Assembly: GCA_964016885.1 (NCBI GenBank)
Contig: OZ024740.1
Location: forward strand, 264,988,001 to 265,052,000
DNA length: 64,000 nt
Reading direction: 5' to 3'
Source of the DNA: Eledone cirrhosa
Lineage: Eukaryota
The position numbers were made by a program, and so were the translations under genes. Of the stretch, positions 40,104-54,098 are shown one piece after another. How positions within the stretch are numbered: position 1 is the first letter of the stretch; every line of letters begins with the position of its first letter. Below the pieces are notes generated by a model. The model saw nothing but the letters and a program-made list of their open reading frames with translations. It ran no database searches and was not told the DNA's origin.

Positions 40104-40745
40104 TATAATGTTTAGTTTTCTAAGACGGTGGGTGTGTTTTAGGGGAGATTTGGCTGTTGTTTCTAGCAGGTCAAGTGACCACGTAAAGGCCAGTGTGCTG
40201 GCTTGTGACAGTAGTGGCTACATTACATGGGAGGGATGGTATGAGTGCAAGTTTTACTGCATGTGGTGGCGGTTGGTGGTGTGCTATGATTACTGTTGGG
40301 GGTGAAATGCTGTGGTAGCAGTGGTGGTGGTCGGGGGAGGAGGTGTACTACTGCTGCACCTCTTAATATTGATGTTAGTGATGTTGTTGTTGATGGTGGT
40401 GGTGGTGGTGGTGGTGGTAATGACTGGTGGGGGTCGTTCGGTATGGCAAAGGTAGTGGTAGTGGTGATGGTGGTGGTCTTTTTTTTTGTCGTTGGCGTCG
40501 TGGTTGTCGTTGTAGTAGTAGTAGTAGTAGTGGTGGTGGTGGTGGTGGTGGTGGTGGTGGTAGTAGTGGTGGTGGTGTTGGTAGTAATAGTAGTAGTAGT
40601 AGTAGTAGTAGTGGTGATGGCGGTGGTGGTGGTGGTGGTGGTGGTGGTAGTAGTGGTGGTGGTGGTAGTAGTAGTAGTAGTAGTGTTGGTGGTAGTAGTA
40701 GTATTAGTAGTAGTAGTAGCGGTGGAGGTGGTGGTGGTAGTAGTC

Positions 40746-40796
<51 letters not shown>

Positions 40797-40828
40797 CTAG
40801 TAGTAGTAGTAGTAGTAGTAGTAGTAGC

Positions 40829-40863
<35 letters not shown>

Positions 40864-41239
40864 CAGTAGTAGTAGTAGTGCAAACGAATGTGTTATTGAT
40901 GTCACATCAGCCTTGGACTATAATAGCTAAAAGATGTTCCAGCCGTGATCATCGTTTTTTATCTAATTGGGTCTACAGTTTCCAATATACATATCTTGAT
41001 ATATAACTGTAGGGTATGATTTCAGGTAGATCTGACTTCTATATCTAGCAGATAGACTGGGATGAGGTTGGTAGAGACTATGGAGCTATTGGTGGTTTAG
41101 ATAGTGATATAGATAGGGGTAGTGATGGTTGTAGTTTTTGGTGGTTGTTGTGTTGTTGTGCTGTTGTTGTTGGTGGTGGTGGTGGCGCTAGTAGGGATTG
41201 TAGTGGTGGGTGTGTTGTATGTTGTTGGTGAGAGAGGTG

Positions 41240-44000
41240 TTGGTGCTGGTGGTAGTGGTGGTGGTAGTAGAGGTGGGTTTGATAGTGGTGGTAGTGTTGG
41301 TACTAGTGGTAGTGTTGGTGCTAGTGGTATTGGTGTCGGTGGTAGTAGTGGGTTTGATAGTGGTGGTAGTGTTGGTGCTGGTGGTAGTGTTGGTGCTAGT
41401 GGTATTGGTGTCGGTGGTAGTAGTGGGTTTGATAGTGGTGGTAGTGTTGGTGCTGGTGGTAGTGGTGGCGGTGGTAGTAGTGGGTTTGATAGTGGTGGTA
41501 GTGTTGGTGCTAGTGGTAGTGGTGGCGGTGGTAGTAGTGGGTTTGATAGTGGTGGTAGTAGTGGGTTTGATAGTGGTGGTAGTGTTGGTGCTAGTGGTAG
41601 TGGTGGCGGTGGTAGTAGTGGGTTTGATAGTGGTGGTAGTGTTGGTGCAAGTGGTAGTGGTGGCGGTGGTAGTAGTGGGTTTGATAGTGGTGGTAGTGTT
41701 GGTGCTGGTGGTAGTGGTGGCGGTGGTAGTAGTGGGTTTGATAGTGGTGGTAGTGTTGGTGCTAGTGGTAGTGGTGGCGGTGGTAGTAGTGGGTTTGATA
41801 GTGGTGGTAGTGTTGGTGCTAGTGGTAGTGTTGGTGCTAGTGGTAGTGGTGGCGGTGGTAGTAGTGGGTTTGATAGTGGTGGTAGTGTTGGTGCTGGTGG
41901 TAGTGGTGGCGGTGGTAGTAGTGGGTTTGATAGTGCTGGTAGGGTTGGTGCTGGTGGTAGTGGTGGCGGTGGTAGTAGTGGGTTTGATAGTGGTGGTAGT
42001 GTTGGTGCTGGTGGTAGTGGTGGCGGTGGTAGTAGTGGGTTTGATAGTGGTGGTAGTGTTGGTGCTAGTGGTAGTGGTGGCGGTGGTAGTAGTGGGTTTG
42101 ATAGTGGTGGTAGTGTTGGTGCTAGTGGTAGTGTTGGTGCTAGTGGTAGTGGTGGCGGTGGTAGTAGTGGGTTTGATAGTGGTGGTAGTGTTGGTGCTGG
42201 TGGTAGTGGTGGCGGTGGTAGTAGTGGGTTTGATAGTGGTGATAGTAGTGGGTTTCATAGTGGTGGTAGTGTGGTGCTGGTGCTAGTGGTGGCGGTGGTA
42301 GTAGTGGGTTTGATAGTGGTGGTAGGGTTGGTGCTGGTGGTAGTGGTGGCGGTGGTAGTAGTGGGTTTGATAGTGGTGGTAGGGTTGGTGCTGGTGGTAG
42401 TGGTGGCGGTGGTAGTAGTGGGTTTGATAGTGGTGGTAGGGTTGGTGCTGGTGGTAGTGGTGGCGGTGGTAGTAGTGGGTTTGATAGTGGTGGTAGGGTT
42501 GGTGCTGGTGGTAGTGGTGGCGGTGGTAGTAGTGGGTTTGATAGTGGTGGTAGTGTTGGTGCTGGTGGTAGTGGTGGCGGTGGTAGTAGTGGGTTTGATA
42601 GTGGTGGTAGTGTTGGTGCTGGTGGTAGTGGTGGCGGTGGTAGTAGTGGGTTTGATAGTGGTGGTAGGGTTGGTGCTGGTGGTAGTGGTGGCGGTGGTAG
42701 TAGTGGGTTTGATAGTGGTGGTAGTGTTGGTGCTGGTGGTAGTGGTGGCGGTGGTAGTAGTGGGTTTGATAGTGGTGGTAGTGTTGGTGCTGGTGGTAGT
42801 GGTGGCGGTGGTAGTAGTGGGTTTGATAGTGGTGGTAGTGTTGGTGCTGGTGGTAGTGGTGGCGGTGGTAGCAGTGGGTTTGATAGTGGTGGTAGTGTTG
42901 GTGCTGGTGGTAGTGGTGCCGGTGGTAGTAGTGGGTTTGATAGTGGTGGTAGTGTTGGTGCTGGTGGTAGTGGTGGCGGTGGTAGTAGTGGGTTTGATAG
43001 TGGTGGTAGTAGTGGGTTTGATAGTGGTGGTAGTGTTGGTGCTAGTGGTAGTGGTGGCGGTGGTAGTAGTGGGTTTGATAGTGGTGGTAGTGTTGGTGCT
43101 AGTGGTAGTGTTGGTGCTGGTGGTAGTGGTGCCGGTGGTAGTAGTGGGTTTGATAGTGGTGGTAGGGTTGGTGCTGGTGATAGTGTTGGCGGTGGTAGTA
43201 GTGGGTTTGATAGTGGTGGTATTAGTGGGTTTGATAGTGGTGGCGGTGGTAGTAGTGGGTTTGATAGTGGTGGTAGTGTTGGCGCTGGTGGTAGTGGTGG
43301 CGGTGATAGTAGTGGGTTTGATAGTGGTGGCTGTGGTAGTAGTGGGTTTGATAGTGGTGGTAGTGTTGGTGCTGGAGGTAGTGGTGGCGGTGGTAGTAGT
43401 GCGTTTGATAGTGGTGGTAGTAGTGGGTTTGTTAGTGGTGGCGGTGGTAGTAGTGGGTTTGATAGTGGTGGTAGTAGTGGGTTTGATAGGGGTGGTAGTG
43501 TTGGCGCTGGTGGTAGTGGTGGCGGTGGTAGTAGTGGGTTTGATAGTGGTGGTAGTAGTGGGTTTGATAGTGGTGGTAGTGTTGGTGCTGGAGGTAGTGG
43601 TGGCGGTGGTAGTAGTGCGTTTGATAGTGGTGGTAGTAGTGGGTTTGATAGTGGTGGCGGTGGTAGTAGTGGGTTTGATAGTGGTGTTAGTGTCGGTGCT
43701 GGTGGTAGTGGTGGTGGTGGTAGTTATGGGTTTGATAGTGGTGGTAGTAGTGGGTTTGATATTGGTGGCGGTGGTAGTAGTGGGTTTGATAGTGGTGGCG
43801 GTGGTAGTAGTGGGTTTGATAGTGGTGGCGGTGGTAGTTGTGGGTTTGATAGTGGTGGCGGTGGTAATAGTGGGTTTGATAGTGGTGGTAGTAGTGGGTT
43901 TGATAGTGGTGGCGGTGGTAGTAGTGGGTTTGATAGTGGTGGCGGTGGTAGTAGTGGGTTTGATAGTGGTGGTAGTGTTGGTGCTGGTGGTAGTGGTGGC
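41240..44000. repeat. 57-bp minisatellite with 24/30-bp derivatives
   Basis: Unit gggtttgatagtggtggtagtgttggtgctggtggtagtggtggcggtggtagtagt. Confidence 0.95.
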
Positions 44001-44094
44001 GCTGCTGCTGGTAGAGATGGTCATTATACAGTTGTGATGGTGATGGCATGTATAGTGTCGTCGGTGGTGGTTTATGCGTGATGTTCTTTGAGAC

Positions 44095-44175
<81 letters not shown>

Positions 44176-44238
44176 TGTCGTCGCTGTGGTTGTTGTTGTT
44201 GTTGTTGTTGTTGTTGCTGTTGTTGTTGTTGTTGTTGC

Positions 44239-44334
<96 letters not shown>

Positions 44335-44391
44335 GGTGGTGGTGGTGGTGGTGGTGGTGGTGGTGGTGGTGGTGGTGGTGGTGGTGGTGGT
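44095..44391. repeat. Compound (GTA)n-(GTT)n-(GGT)n microsatellite
   Basis: Direct reading. Confidence 0.97.
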
Positions 44392-44527
44392 ACCTGGGCT
44401 GATAATACAGTGGTGGTGACGATAGTGGTGGTTGGGATAGTAGTGCTTGCAGCTGTATGTGGTGGCCTCATCATGCTGCTGCTGCTGCTGTTGCCACTGT
44501 CGGTGTTCTGGAAGTATTAATGTTGAA

Positions 44528-45301
44528 ATCGGTAGAGGGTCGGATGCCATGATTTCCAACATAGTTACGTCCCTTTACGATCTGAGTTCAAATCCCGCCG
44601 AGGTTGACTTTGCCCTTCCTCCTTACGGGGTCGATAAAATAAAGTACCAGTAATTCACTGGGTATTTGCTGGCCTTGTGCCAAACGTAGAAACAATTAAT
44701 GTTGAATAGTGATTTCTAGTATTTGGTGGTGGAAGGGAAAGTCGATTAAATCGACCCAGTACATTACTGGTACTTTATTTTATCGACCCCGCAAGGATGA
44801 AAGGCAAAGTTAACCTCGGCGCGATTTGAACTCAAATCATAAAGGGCCGTAACTCTATGCTGCAAAGCATGGTGTCCGACTCTCTAACTGCTCTATAATG
44901 AAGTTACTACTTAAACAAGTGTGGTGTGGTAAATATATTCATCTGCAGCAGGTCCGAACACAATGGAACCAAACTCCCACTCTCACTGCCTCTGTCTCTC
45001 CCTCTCTCACCATCATTGGCAGTATCGGTAGAGAGTCGGACGCCATGCTTTCCAGCATACTTACGTCCCTTTACGGTCTGAGTTCAAATCCCGTCTAGGT
45101 TAACTTTGCCTTTCATACTTACGGGGTCGATAAAATAAAGTACCAGTAATGTACTGGGTAATTGCTGGCCTTGTGCCAAAAGTAGAAACAACTATTATGA
45201 GTAAATGGAGACCCACGTGCTGGCCGCAACCTCGGCGGAGAGAAAGCGTTTCCCTGGAGGATGGTGAGGGAAACACGTTGGATAGTGTAACAACTCTAAT
45301 T

Positions 45302-45332
<31 letters not shown>

Positions 45333-45805
45333 TAGTAGTAGTTCTTGTAGTTGTTTAGTCCTAGATCTGTCTCTTATCAAACTATGATCATCCCCCTCTG
45401 GAGGCGGTCGAATTCTTGTTGATAGAAAGTTGGCTGCTATTTCTAGCACGATCAGCTACCACATAGAGGTTTTCACATTCACCGTGTTATTGTTGTTAAT
45501 ATTGCTGTTGTAGTAGTAGTTTAGTCCCAGGTCACCCCCGATCGAGCAGTCATTAATTGTTTCTACGTTAGGAACAAGGCCAACAATTAAGCAGTGTATT
45601 ACTGGTACAGACATTAATAGCATTTATTTAGCCATAAAAATTCTATTTCCATTATATTTCGGTAGAGCATCGGACAATATGCTGTGCGGCAGAGTTCTGA
45701 GTTCAAATCCCGCCGAGGTTAGCTTTGCTTTTTATCCTTACGGGGTCGATAAAATTAAGTACCAGTAACGCAATGTGGTCGATTTAATCGACTTTCCTCT
45801 CCCCA
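44528..45805. mobile_element. Cluster of family A SINEs in alternating orientation (+44528-44698, -44710-44890, +45016-45195, -45555-45610, +45658-45805)
   Basis: Match to consensus. Confidence 0.85.
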
Positions 45806-45879
45806 GGCCTTTACATTACATGTCGATGTGGCTGCTATTTCTAGTATATATAAGCCATCCACACTGACCTGCAGTTTGT

Positions 45880-47714
45880 TGTTGTTATTTGTCTCGGCGG
45901 TGGTGGTGGTGTTAATGCTGTTGTTGTTCTAGGTGGTGGTGGTGGTGGTGGTGGTGGTGTTGGTGGTGGTGGCGTTAATGTTGTTGTAATTGGTGGTGGT
46001 GGTGGTGGTGGTGTTAATGTTGTTGTAATTGGTGGTGGTGGTGGTGTGGAGGTGGTGGTGGTGGTTGGGGTGGTGGTGGTGGTGTTAATGTTGTTGTAAT
46101 TGGTGGTGGTGGTGGTGGTGATGGTGGTGGTGGTGGTGGTGTTAATGTTGTTGTAATTGGTGGTGGTGGTGGTGGTGGTGGTGTGGTGGTAGTGGTGGTG
46201 TTAATGTTGCTGTAATTGGTGGTGGTGGTGGTGGTGGTGGTGGTGATGGTGGTGGTGGTGGTGGTGGTGGTGGTGGTGATGGTGGTGGTGGTGATGGTGG
46301 TGGTGGTGGTGGTGGTGGTGGTGGTGGAGGTGGTGGTTGTGGTGGTGATGGTGGTGGTGGTGGAGGTGGTGGTTGTGGTGGTGGTGGTGATGGTGGTGGT
46401 GGTGGTGATGGTGGTGGTGGTGGTGGTGGTGGTGGTGGTGGTGGTGGTGGAGGTGGTGGTTGTGGTGGTGGTGGTGGTGGTGGTGATGGTGGTGGTGGTG
46501 GTGGTGGTGGTGGTGATGGTGGTGGTGGTGGTGGTTGTGGTGGTGGTGGTGATGGTGGTGATGGTGGTGGTGGTGGAGGTGGTGGTTGTGGTGGTGGTGG
46601 TAGTGGTGGTGGTGGTGGTGGTGATGGTGGTGGTGGTGGTGGTGGTGATGGTGATGGTGGTGGTGGTGGTGGTGGTGATGGTGGTGGTGGTGGTGGTGGA
46701 GGTGGTGGTTGTGGTGGTGATGGTGGTGGTGGTGGAGGTGGTGGTTGTGGTGGTGGTGGTGATGGTGGTGGTGGTGGTTGTGGTGGTGTGGTGGTGGTGG
46801 TGATGGTGGTGTTAATGTTGTTGTAATTGGTGGTGGTGGTGGTGGTGTGGTGGTGGTGGTGGCGCTGGTGGTGGTGGTGGTTGTGGTGGTGTTAATGCTG
46901 TTGTAATTGGTGGTTGTGGTGGTGGTTGTGGTGGTGGTGGTGGTGTTAATGTTGTTGTAATTGGTGGTGGTGGTTGGGGTTGTTGTGGTGGTGGTGGTGT
47001 TAATGTTGTTGTAATTGGTGGTGGTGTTAATGTTGTTGTAATTGGTGGTGGTGGTTGTGGTGGTGGTGGTGGCTTGTGGTGGTGGTGTTGGTGGTGGTGT
47101 TAATGTTGTTGTAATTGGTGGTGATGTTGGTGGTGTTAATGTTGTTGTAATTGGCGGTGGTGGTGGTGGTGCTGGTGGTGGTGGTGGTGGTGGTGGTGGT
47201 TTGTTGTGGTGGTGTTGGTGGTGGTGTTAATGTTGTTGTAATTGGTGGTGGTGTTTGTGGTGGTGGTGGTGGTTTGTGGTGGTGGTGTTGGTGGTGTTGT
47301 TAATGTTGTTGCAATTGGTGGTGATGTTGGTGGTGTTAATGTTGTTGTAATTGGCGGTGGTGGTGGTGGTGGTGGTGGTGGTGGTGGTGGTGGTGGTGGT
47401 GGTGGTGGTGGTGGTGGCGGTGGTGGTGGTGGTGGTGGTGCTGGTGGTGGTGGTGGTGGTGGTGGTGGTGGTGGTGGCGGTGGTGGTGATGGTGGTGGTG
47501 GTGGTGATGGTGGTGGTGGTGGTGGTAGTGTTTTGGACGGTAGATTTATCCGACTGTCGAAAATGTCTGGGTACCTATCGCTTAGCGATATTGGTTAGCA
47601 CTTGTGTTATCTAGCAATTAAACAGGGAGGGCCTCAATTGTTGTTGATGGACCTGACTCAATATGCAATGACTAGCAGCAGCAGCAGCAACAGCAGAGTA
47701 CTAGTAGCAGCACC

Positions 47715-47766
<52 letters not shown>

Positions 47767-47781
47767 TAATGGTAGTAATAT

Positions 47782-47833
<52 letters not shown>

Positions 47834-47853
47834 TGTTGTAGTAATGTTGGTAA

Positions 47854-47909
<56 letters not shown>

Positions 47910-47910
47910 A
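45880..47910. repeat. (GGT)n array with a gttaatgttgttgtaatt motif, then (GTA)n
   Basis: Direct reading. Confidence 0.9.
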
Positions 47911-48161
47911 TGGCGATGGTTTTTCGATTTTGAGGGCAGAGAAATGTGTTGGTGATATCTTCTGGCGGAGCAGAAAATAATGTTTCTACATTTGGCACAA
48001 GGCCAGCAAATAAACCAGTGTATTACTGGTACTTTAATTTCTCGACTCCGTAATGATGAACGAAAAATAATGATGATGATGAAAGTAGAGTGGTGATGGT
48101 AGTATCTGTGGTGGTGGTGACAGTAGTGGCTGTTGTGATAGTACTGGTGGTGGTGTTAGTG

Positions 48162-49178
48162 GAGGAAAAATAGTAATTGTTTCTACTTTTGGCACAAGGC
48201 CAGCAATGGCACCAGTGTATTACTGGTACTTTATTTTATCGACCCTGTAAAGAGAGGAAAAATAGTAATTGTTTCTACTTTTGGCACAAGGCCAGCAATG
48301 GCACCAGTGTATTACTGGTACTTTATTTTATCGACCCTGTAAAGAGAGGAAAAATAATGATTGTTTCTACTTTTGGCACAAGGCCAGCAATGGCACCAGT
48401 GTATTACTGGTACTTTATTTTATCGACCCTGTAAAGAGAGGAAAAATAATAATTGTTTCTACTTTTGGCACAAGGCCAGCAATGGCACCAGTGTATTACT
48501 GGTACTTTATTTTATCGACCCTGTAAAGAGAGGAAAAATAATAATTGTTTCTACTTTTGGCACAAGGCCAGCAATGGCACCAGTGTATTACTGGTACTTT
48601 ATTTTATCGACCCTGTAAAGAGAGGAAAAATAATAATTGTTTCTACTTTTGGCACAAGGCCAGCAATGGCACCAGTGTATTACTGGTACTTTATTTTATC
48701 GCCCTGTAAAGAGAGGAAAAATAATAATTGTTTCTACTTTTGGCACAAGGCCAGCAATGGCCCCAGTGTATTACTGGTACTTTATTTTATCGCCCTGTAA
48801 AGAGAGGAAAAATAATAATTGTTTCTACTTTTGGCACAAGGCCAGCAATGGCACCAGTGTATTACTGGTACTTTATTTTATCGACCCTGTAAGGGAGGAC
48901 AAAAAATAAGTGTTTCTACTTTTGGCACAAGGCCAGCAATGACACCAGTGTATTACTGGTACTTTATTTTATCGACCCTGTAAGGGATGAAAAATAATGA
49001 TTGTTTCTACTTTTGGCACAAGGCCAGCAATGACCCCAGTGTATTACTGGTACTTTATTTTATCGACCCCTTAAGGATAAAAGGCAAAGTTAACCTCGGC
49101 GGGATTTGAACTCAGACCATAAAGGGCCGTAACTCTATGCTTCAAGGCATGGTGTCCGACTCTCCACCGATACTGCCA
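48162..49178 (-). repeat. SINE-derived 91-92-bp tandem array (10 units, the last continuous with a full SINE)
   Basis: Unit starts at 48162, 48254, 48346, 48438, 48530, 48622, 48713, 48804, ~48895, ~48986. Confidence 0.95.
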
Positions 49179-49559
49179 GTGAAATTTTGAAGCTAGTGAT
49201 GATGTTATTTACAATTGTTATAGTGATGATGGTACTGGTGGCGCTAATGGTGATGGTGATTATGATGTTTTTGAGTGTAGTGGTGTTTGTTGTTGTGGCG
49301 GTGATGTTAGTGTGATGGTTGAGGTTGTGGTGTTTGTTGTGATGGTGCGGTGGTATGGGGTTGTTAGTGGTGTTGGTGGTTGCCATTGATGTTGGTGATA
49401 TTGCTATTGTTGTTGACGGTGATGGCGGTGATGATGGTGGTAGTGCTGTTGTTATTGTTGTTGTCGGTGTCACTATTGTTATTGTTACTGTTGTTGTTGG
49501 TTGTTGTGGTGATTGTGATGGTGGTGGTGGTGGTCGTCGTCGTCGTTGTAATGGTGATT

Positions 49560-51830
49560 TGATGGCGCTGCTTGTGGTGGTGATGGTGGTGTTGCTTGTG
49601 GTGGTGTTGGTTAAGGTGGTGTTGGTGGTGTTGCTTTTGGTGGTGTTGGTTACGGTGGTGTTGGTCGTGGTGGATGTGGTGGTGTTGCTTGTGGTGGTGT
49701 TGGTTAAGGTGGTGGTGGTGGTGTTGCTTGTGGTGGTGTTGGTTAAGGTGGCTAAGGTGGTGGTGGTGGTGTTGTTGGATGTGGTGGTGTTGGTTAAGAT
49801 GATGGTGGTGGTGTTGGATGTGGTGGTGTTGCTTGTGATGGTGTTGGTGAAGGTGGTGGTGGTGGTGGTGTTGCTTGTGGTGGTGTTGGTTAAGGTGGTG
49901 GTGGTGGTGTTGGATGTGGTGGTGTTGCTTGTGGTGGTGTTGGTTAAGGTGGTGGTGGTGGTGTTGGATATGGTGGTGTTGGTTAAGGTGGTGTTGGTGG
50001 TGTTGGATGTGGTGGTGTTGCTTGTGGTGGTGTTGGTTAAGGTGGTGGTGGTGGTGTTGCTTTTGGTGGTGTTGCTTGTGGTGGTGTTAGTTAAGGTGGT
50101 GGTGGTGGTGTTGCTTTTGGTGGTGTTGCTTGTGGTGGTGTTAGTTAAGGTGGTGGTGGTGGTGTTGGATCTGGTAGTGTTGCTTGTGGTGGTGTTGGTT
50201 AAGGTGGTGGTGGTGGTAGTGTTGGATGTGGTGGTGTTGCTTGTGGTGGTGTTGGTTAAGGTGGTGTTGGTGTTGGTTAAGGTGGTGGTGGTGTTGGATG
50301 TGGTGGTGTTGCTTGTGGTGGTGTTGGTTAAGGTGGTGTTGGTGGTGTTGGATGTGTTATGGTGTTGCTTGTGGTGGTGTTGGTTAAGGTGGTGGTGGTG
50401 GTGGTGTTGCTTGTGGTGGTGTTGGTTAAGCTGCTGGTGGTGGTGTTGGATGTGGTGGTCTTGCTTGTGGTGGTGTTGGTTAAGGTGGTGGTGGTGGTGT
50501 TGGTGTTGGATGTGGTGGTGTTGCTTGTGGTGGTGTTTGTTAAGGTGGTGGTGGTGGTAGTGTTGGATGTGGTGGTGTTGCTTGTGGTGGTGTTGGTTAA
50601 GGTGGTGGTTGTGTTGGTTAAGGTGGTGGTGGTGGTGGTGTTGGATGTGGTGGTGTTGCTTGTGGTGGTGTTGGTTAAGGTGGTGGTGGTGGTGTTGCTT
50701 GTGGTGGTGTTGCTTATGGTGGTGTTGGTTAAGGTGGTGGTAGTGGTGTTGGATGTGGTGGTGTTGGTTAAGGTGGTGTTGGTTAAGGTGGTGGTGGTGG
50801 TGGTGTTGGATGTGGTGGTGTTGCTTGTGGTGGTGTTGGTTAAGGTGGTGGTGGTGGTGTTGCTTTTGGTGGTGTTGCTTGTGGTGGTGTTAGTTAAGGT
50901 GGTGGTGGTGGTGTTGGATCTGGTAGTGTTGCTTGTGGTGGTGTTGGTTAAGGTGGTGGTGGTGGTGTTGGATGTGGTGGTGTTGGTTAAGGTGGTGGTG
51001 GTGGTGTTGGATGTGGTGGTGTTGCTTGTGGTGGTGTTGGTTAAGGTGGTGGTGGTGGTGTTGGATGTGGTGGTGTTGCTTGTGGTCCTGTTGGTTAAGG
51101 TGGTGGTGGTTGTGTTGGATGTGGTGGTGTTGCTTCTGGTGGTGTTGGTTAAGGTGTTGGTGGTGTTGGATGTGGTGGTGTTGCTTGTGGTGGTGTTGGT
51201 TAAGTTGGTGTTGGTGGTATTGGATATGGTGGTGTTGGTTAAGGTGGTGGTGGTGGTGTTGGATGTGGTGGTGTTGCTTGTGGTGGTGTTGGTTAAGGTG
51301 GTGTTGGTGGTGTTGGATGTGGTGGTGTTGCCTGTGGTGTTGTTGGTTAAGGTGGTGGTGGTGGTGTTGGGTGTGGTGGTGTTGTTTGTGGTGGTGTTGG
51401 TGAAGGTGGTGGTGGTGGTGGTGTTGGATGTGGTGGTGTTGCTTGTGGTGGTGTTGGTTAAGGTGGTGGTGGTGTTGGATGTGGTGGTGTTGCTTGTGGT
51501 GGTGTTGATTAAGGTGGTGGTGTTGGTTAATGTGGTGGTGGTGGTGGTGTTGGATGTGGTGGCGTTGGTGGTGTTGGATGTGTTATGGTGTTGCTTGTGG
51601 TAGTGTTGCTTGTGGTGGTGTTGGTTAAGTTGGTGGTGGTGGTGTTGGATGTGGTGGTGTTGCTTGTGTTGGTGTTGCTTGTTGTGGTGTTGGTTAAGGT
51701 GGTGGTGGTGGTGGTGGTGTTGGATGTGGTGGTGTTGCTTGTGGTGGTGTTGGTTAAGGTGGTGTTGGTGGTGGTGTTTGATGTGGTGGTGTTGGTGGTG
51801 TTGGTGGTGTTGGATATGATAGTTGTTGCT
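49560..51830. repeat. ~50-bp variable GT-rich minisatellite
   Basis: Modules gtgttggatgtg / gtgttgcttgtg / gtgttggttaag separated by (GTG)n. Confidence 0.92.
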
Positions 51831-51949
51831 GGTTTTATTGGTGACAGTGTTACTCGTGGTAGGGTTAAACGTTAGCAGGGATGTCTATGGTTTTAGTGGT
51901 AGCAGTGGTATTAGTGGTATTAGTGATGGTAGGCTTCGTAGAGACTGTG

Positions 51950-51957
51950 TAGTGGTT

Positions 51958-52052
<95 letters not shown>

Positions 52053-52352
52053 TGTTGTGAGGGTAGGCGTGGTAGTGATATTGGCGGTAGTAGTGTTAGT
52101 AGTAGTACTAGTGTTAGTGGTGGTACTAGTGGTAGTAATGGTACTAGCATTGGTGGTAGTATTTAGTAGTGGTGGTGGCGGTGATGGTATTCATTTAGGA
52201 TGTAGTACAAAGTGCTGTGGTGGCGGCAGTGATGGTGATGTTGGTGTTGTCAGCTGCCAGTCTGATGGTAAAGGTGGCGGAGATGTAGCGAAAACGAAGA
52301 TGTTTATGGTGGTAATGGTGGTGCTGATGTAATGTGTGTTGGTATTTTGTAC

Positions 52353-52445
<93 letters not shown>

Positions 52446-52506
52446 GGTGGTGGTAGTTGTAGTTGTAGTAGTAGTAGTAGTGGTAGGTGTAGTAGTAGTA
52501 GTAGTG

Positions 52507-52561
<55 letters not shown>

Positions 52562-52667
52562 TTGTAGTAGTAGTAGTAGTAGTAGTAGTGGTTGTTGTAG
52601 TAGTAGTAGTAGTAGTAGTAGTGGTTGTTATTGTTGTTTTGTTGTTGTTGCTGTTGTTGTTATTGTT

Positions 52668-52726
<59 letters not shown>

Positions 52727-52796
52727 TGTAGTTGTAGTAGTAGTAGTAGTAGTAGTGGTAGGTGTAGTAGTATTATTATTATTAGTAGTAGTAGTG

Positions 52797-52831
<35 letters not shown>

Positions 52832-52862
52832 TGTTGTTGTTGTTGTTGTTGTTGTTGTCATT

Positions 52863-52913
<51 letters not shown>

Positions 52914-54029
52914 ATTGTTGTATGATGGATACGATTTATCGTAGTGGTGGAAATGTTGATAATTATAGTAGCGGCGACGACGGTGGCGGTGGCGGAGGCG
53001 GTGGTGGTGGCGGCGGCGGCGGTGGTGGTGGTGGCGATGGCGGCTGTGATGTCAGCGGTGGTGGTGGTGGTGGTGGTGGGTGTGGTGGTTGTAGTGGTGG
53101 TAAAGGCGGCGGTGACGACAGCGATAGTGGAAATGTTAATAGTTACTATAGTTGTAATGGTGATAGTCATGGTTGGGTGCGATGGGGGGGGGGGGGGGGG
53201 GGGGTAAATCGACACTGTAGTAGTGGTTGATAATGATGGAGGTGGTGTGTTGTAGATGGTATGGTTATGATGGTGGTGGTGGTGATGGCGGTGTTATATT
53301 CTATATTACCATAGTGGTGGTATTAGTTTAGATAGTGATGGATATGGTGGTGGTAGTGGTGGTGATCGTGGTGGTGATGGCGGCTGTGGTCCTTGTCATT
53401 CCTGATGATGGTGATGGTGGTGGAGGTGTGACTATTCTTTTTGTTAGTGGTGGTGGTGGTGGTGGTAGTACTGTCGCTATAGTGGGTGGTGGTGTTAATG
53501 GTTGTGGTGGTGGTGGTGGTGGAGGTGACGGCATTGTTGTTGTTAGTGGCGGTGATGGTAGTGTTGTTGGTGGTAGTGATGGTTGCGGTAGTGCTGTTTG
53601 TTGGCCGTGTTAGTGGTGGTGGTGGTGGTGGGCTGGTCGCTATAGTTGTTGGTCGTGTTAATGGTGGTGGTGGTGCCGCTATTATTGTTGTTAGTGGTGG
53701 TGATGGTGGCGGTAGTGCTGTTGCTATTGTTGTTGGTGGTGGTAATGGTTGTTGCGATAGTGGTGGTAGTGGTGGTGGTGTTGCTATTGTTGTTAGTGGT
53801 GGTGGTGGTGGTGGGTTGGTCGCTATAGTTGTTGGTTGTGGTAATGGTGGTGGTGGGGTGGTGTCTCTATTGTTGTTGTTTGTGTTGTTGTCGTTGGTGG
53901 TGGTAGTGGAGTTGTGTTATAATTGTCAGTGGTGGTGTCGCCGTTACTGTTGTTGCAGATGGTGGTGGTGGTGGTGTTGGTGGTGGTGTTGGTGGTGGTG
54001 GTGGTGGTCGTCGTCGTCGTGTCGCTGCT

Positions 54030-54098
<69 letters not shown>

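Noticed and set aside
48162-49070. Regularly spaced palindromic repeats resembling a CRISPR array
   Set aside because: No unique spacers, the unit is the SINE tail, no cas genes, eukaryotic context
49560-51830. ggttaagg motif as telomeric repeat
   Set aside because: Not tandem TTAGGG; single motif inside a GTG-based unit
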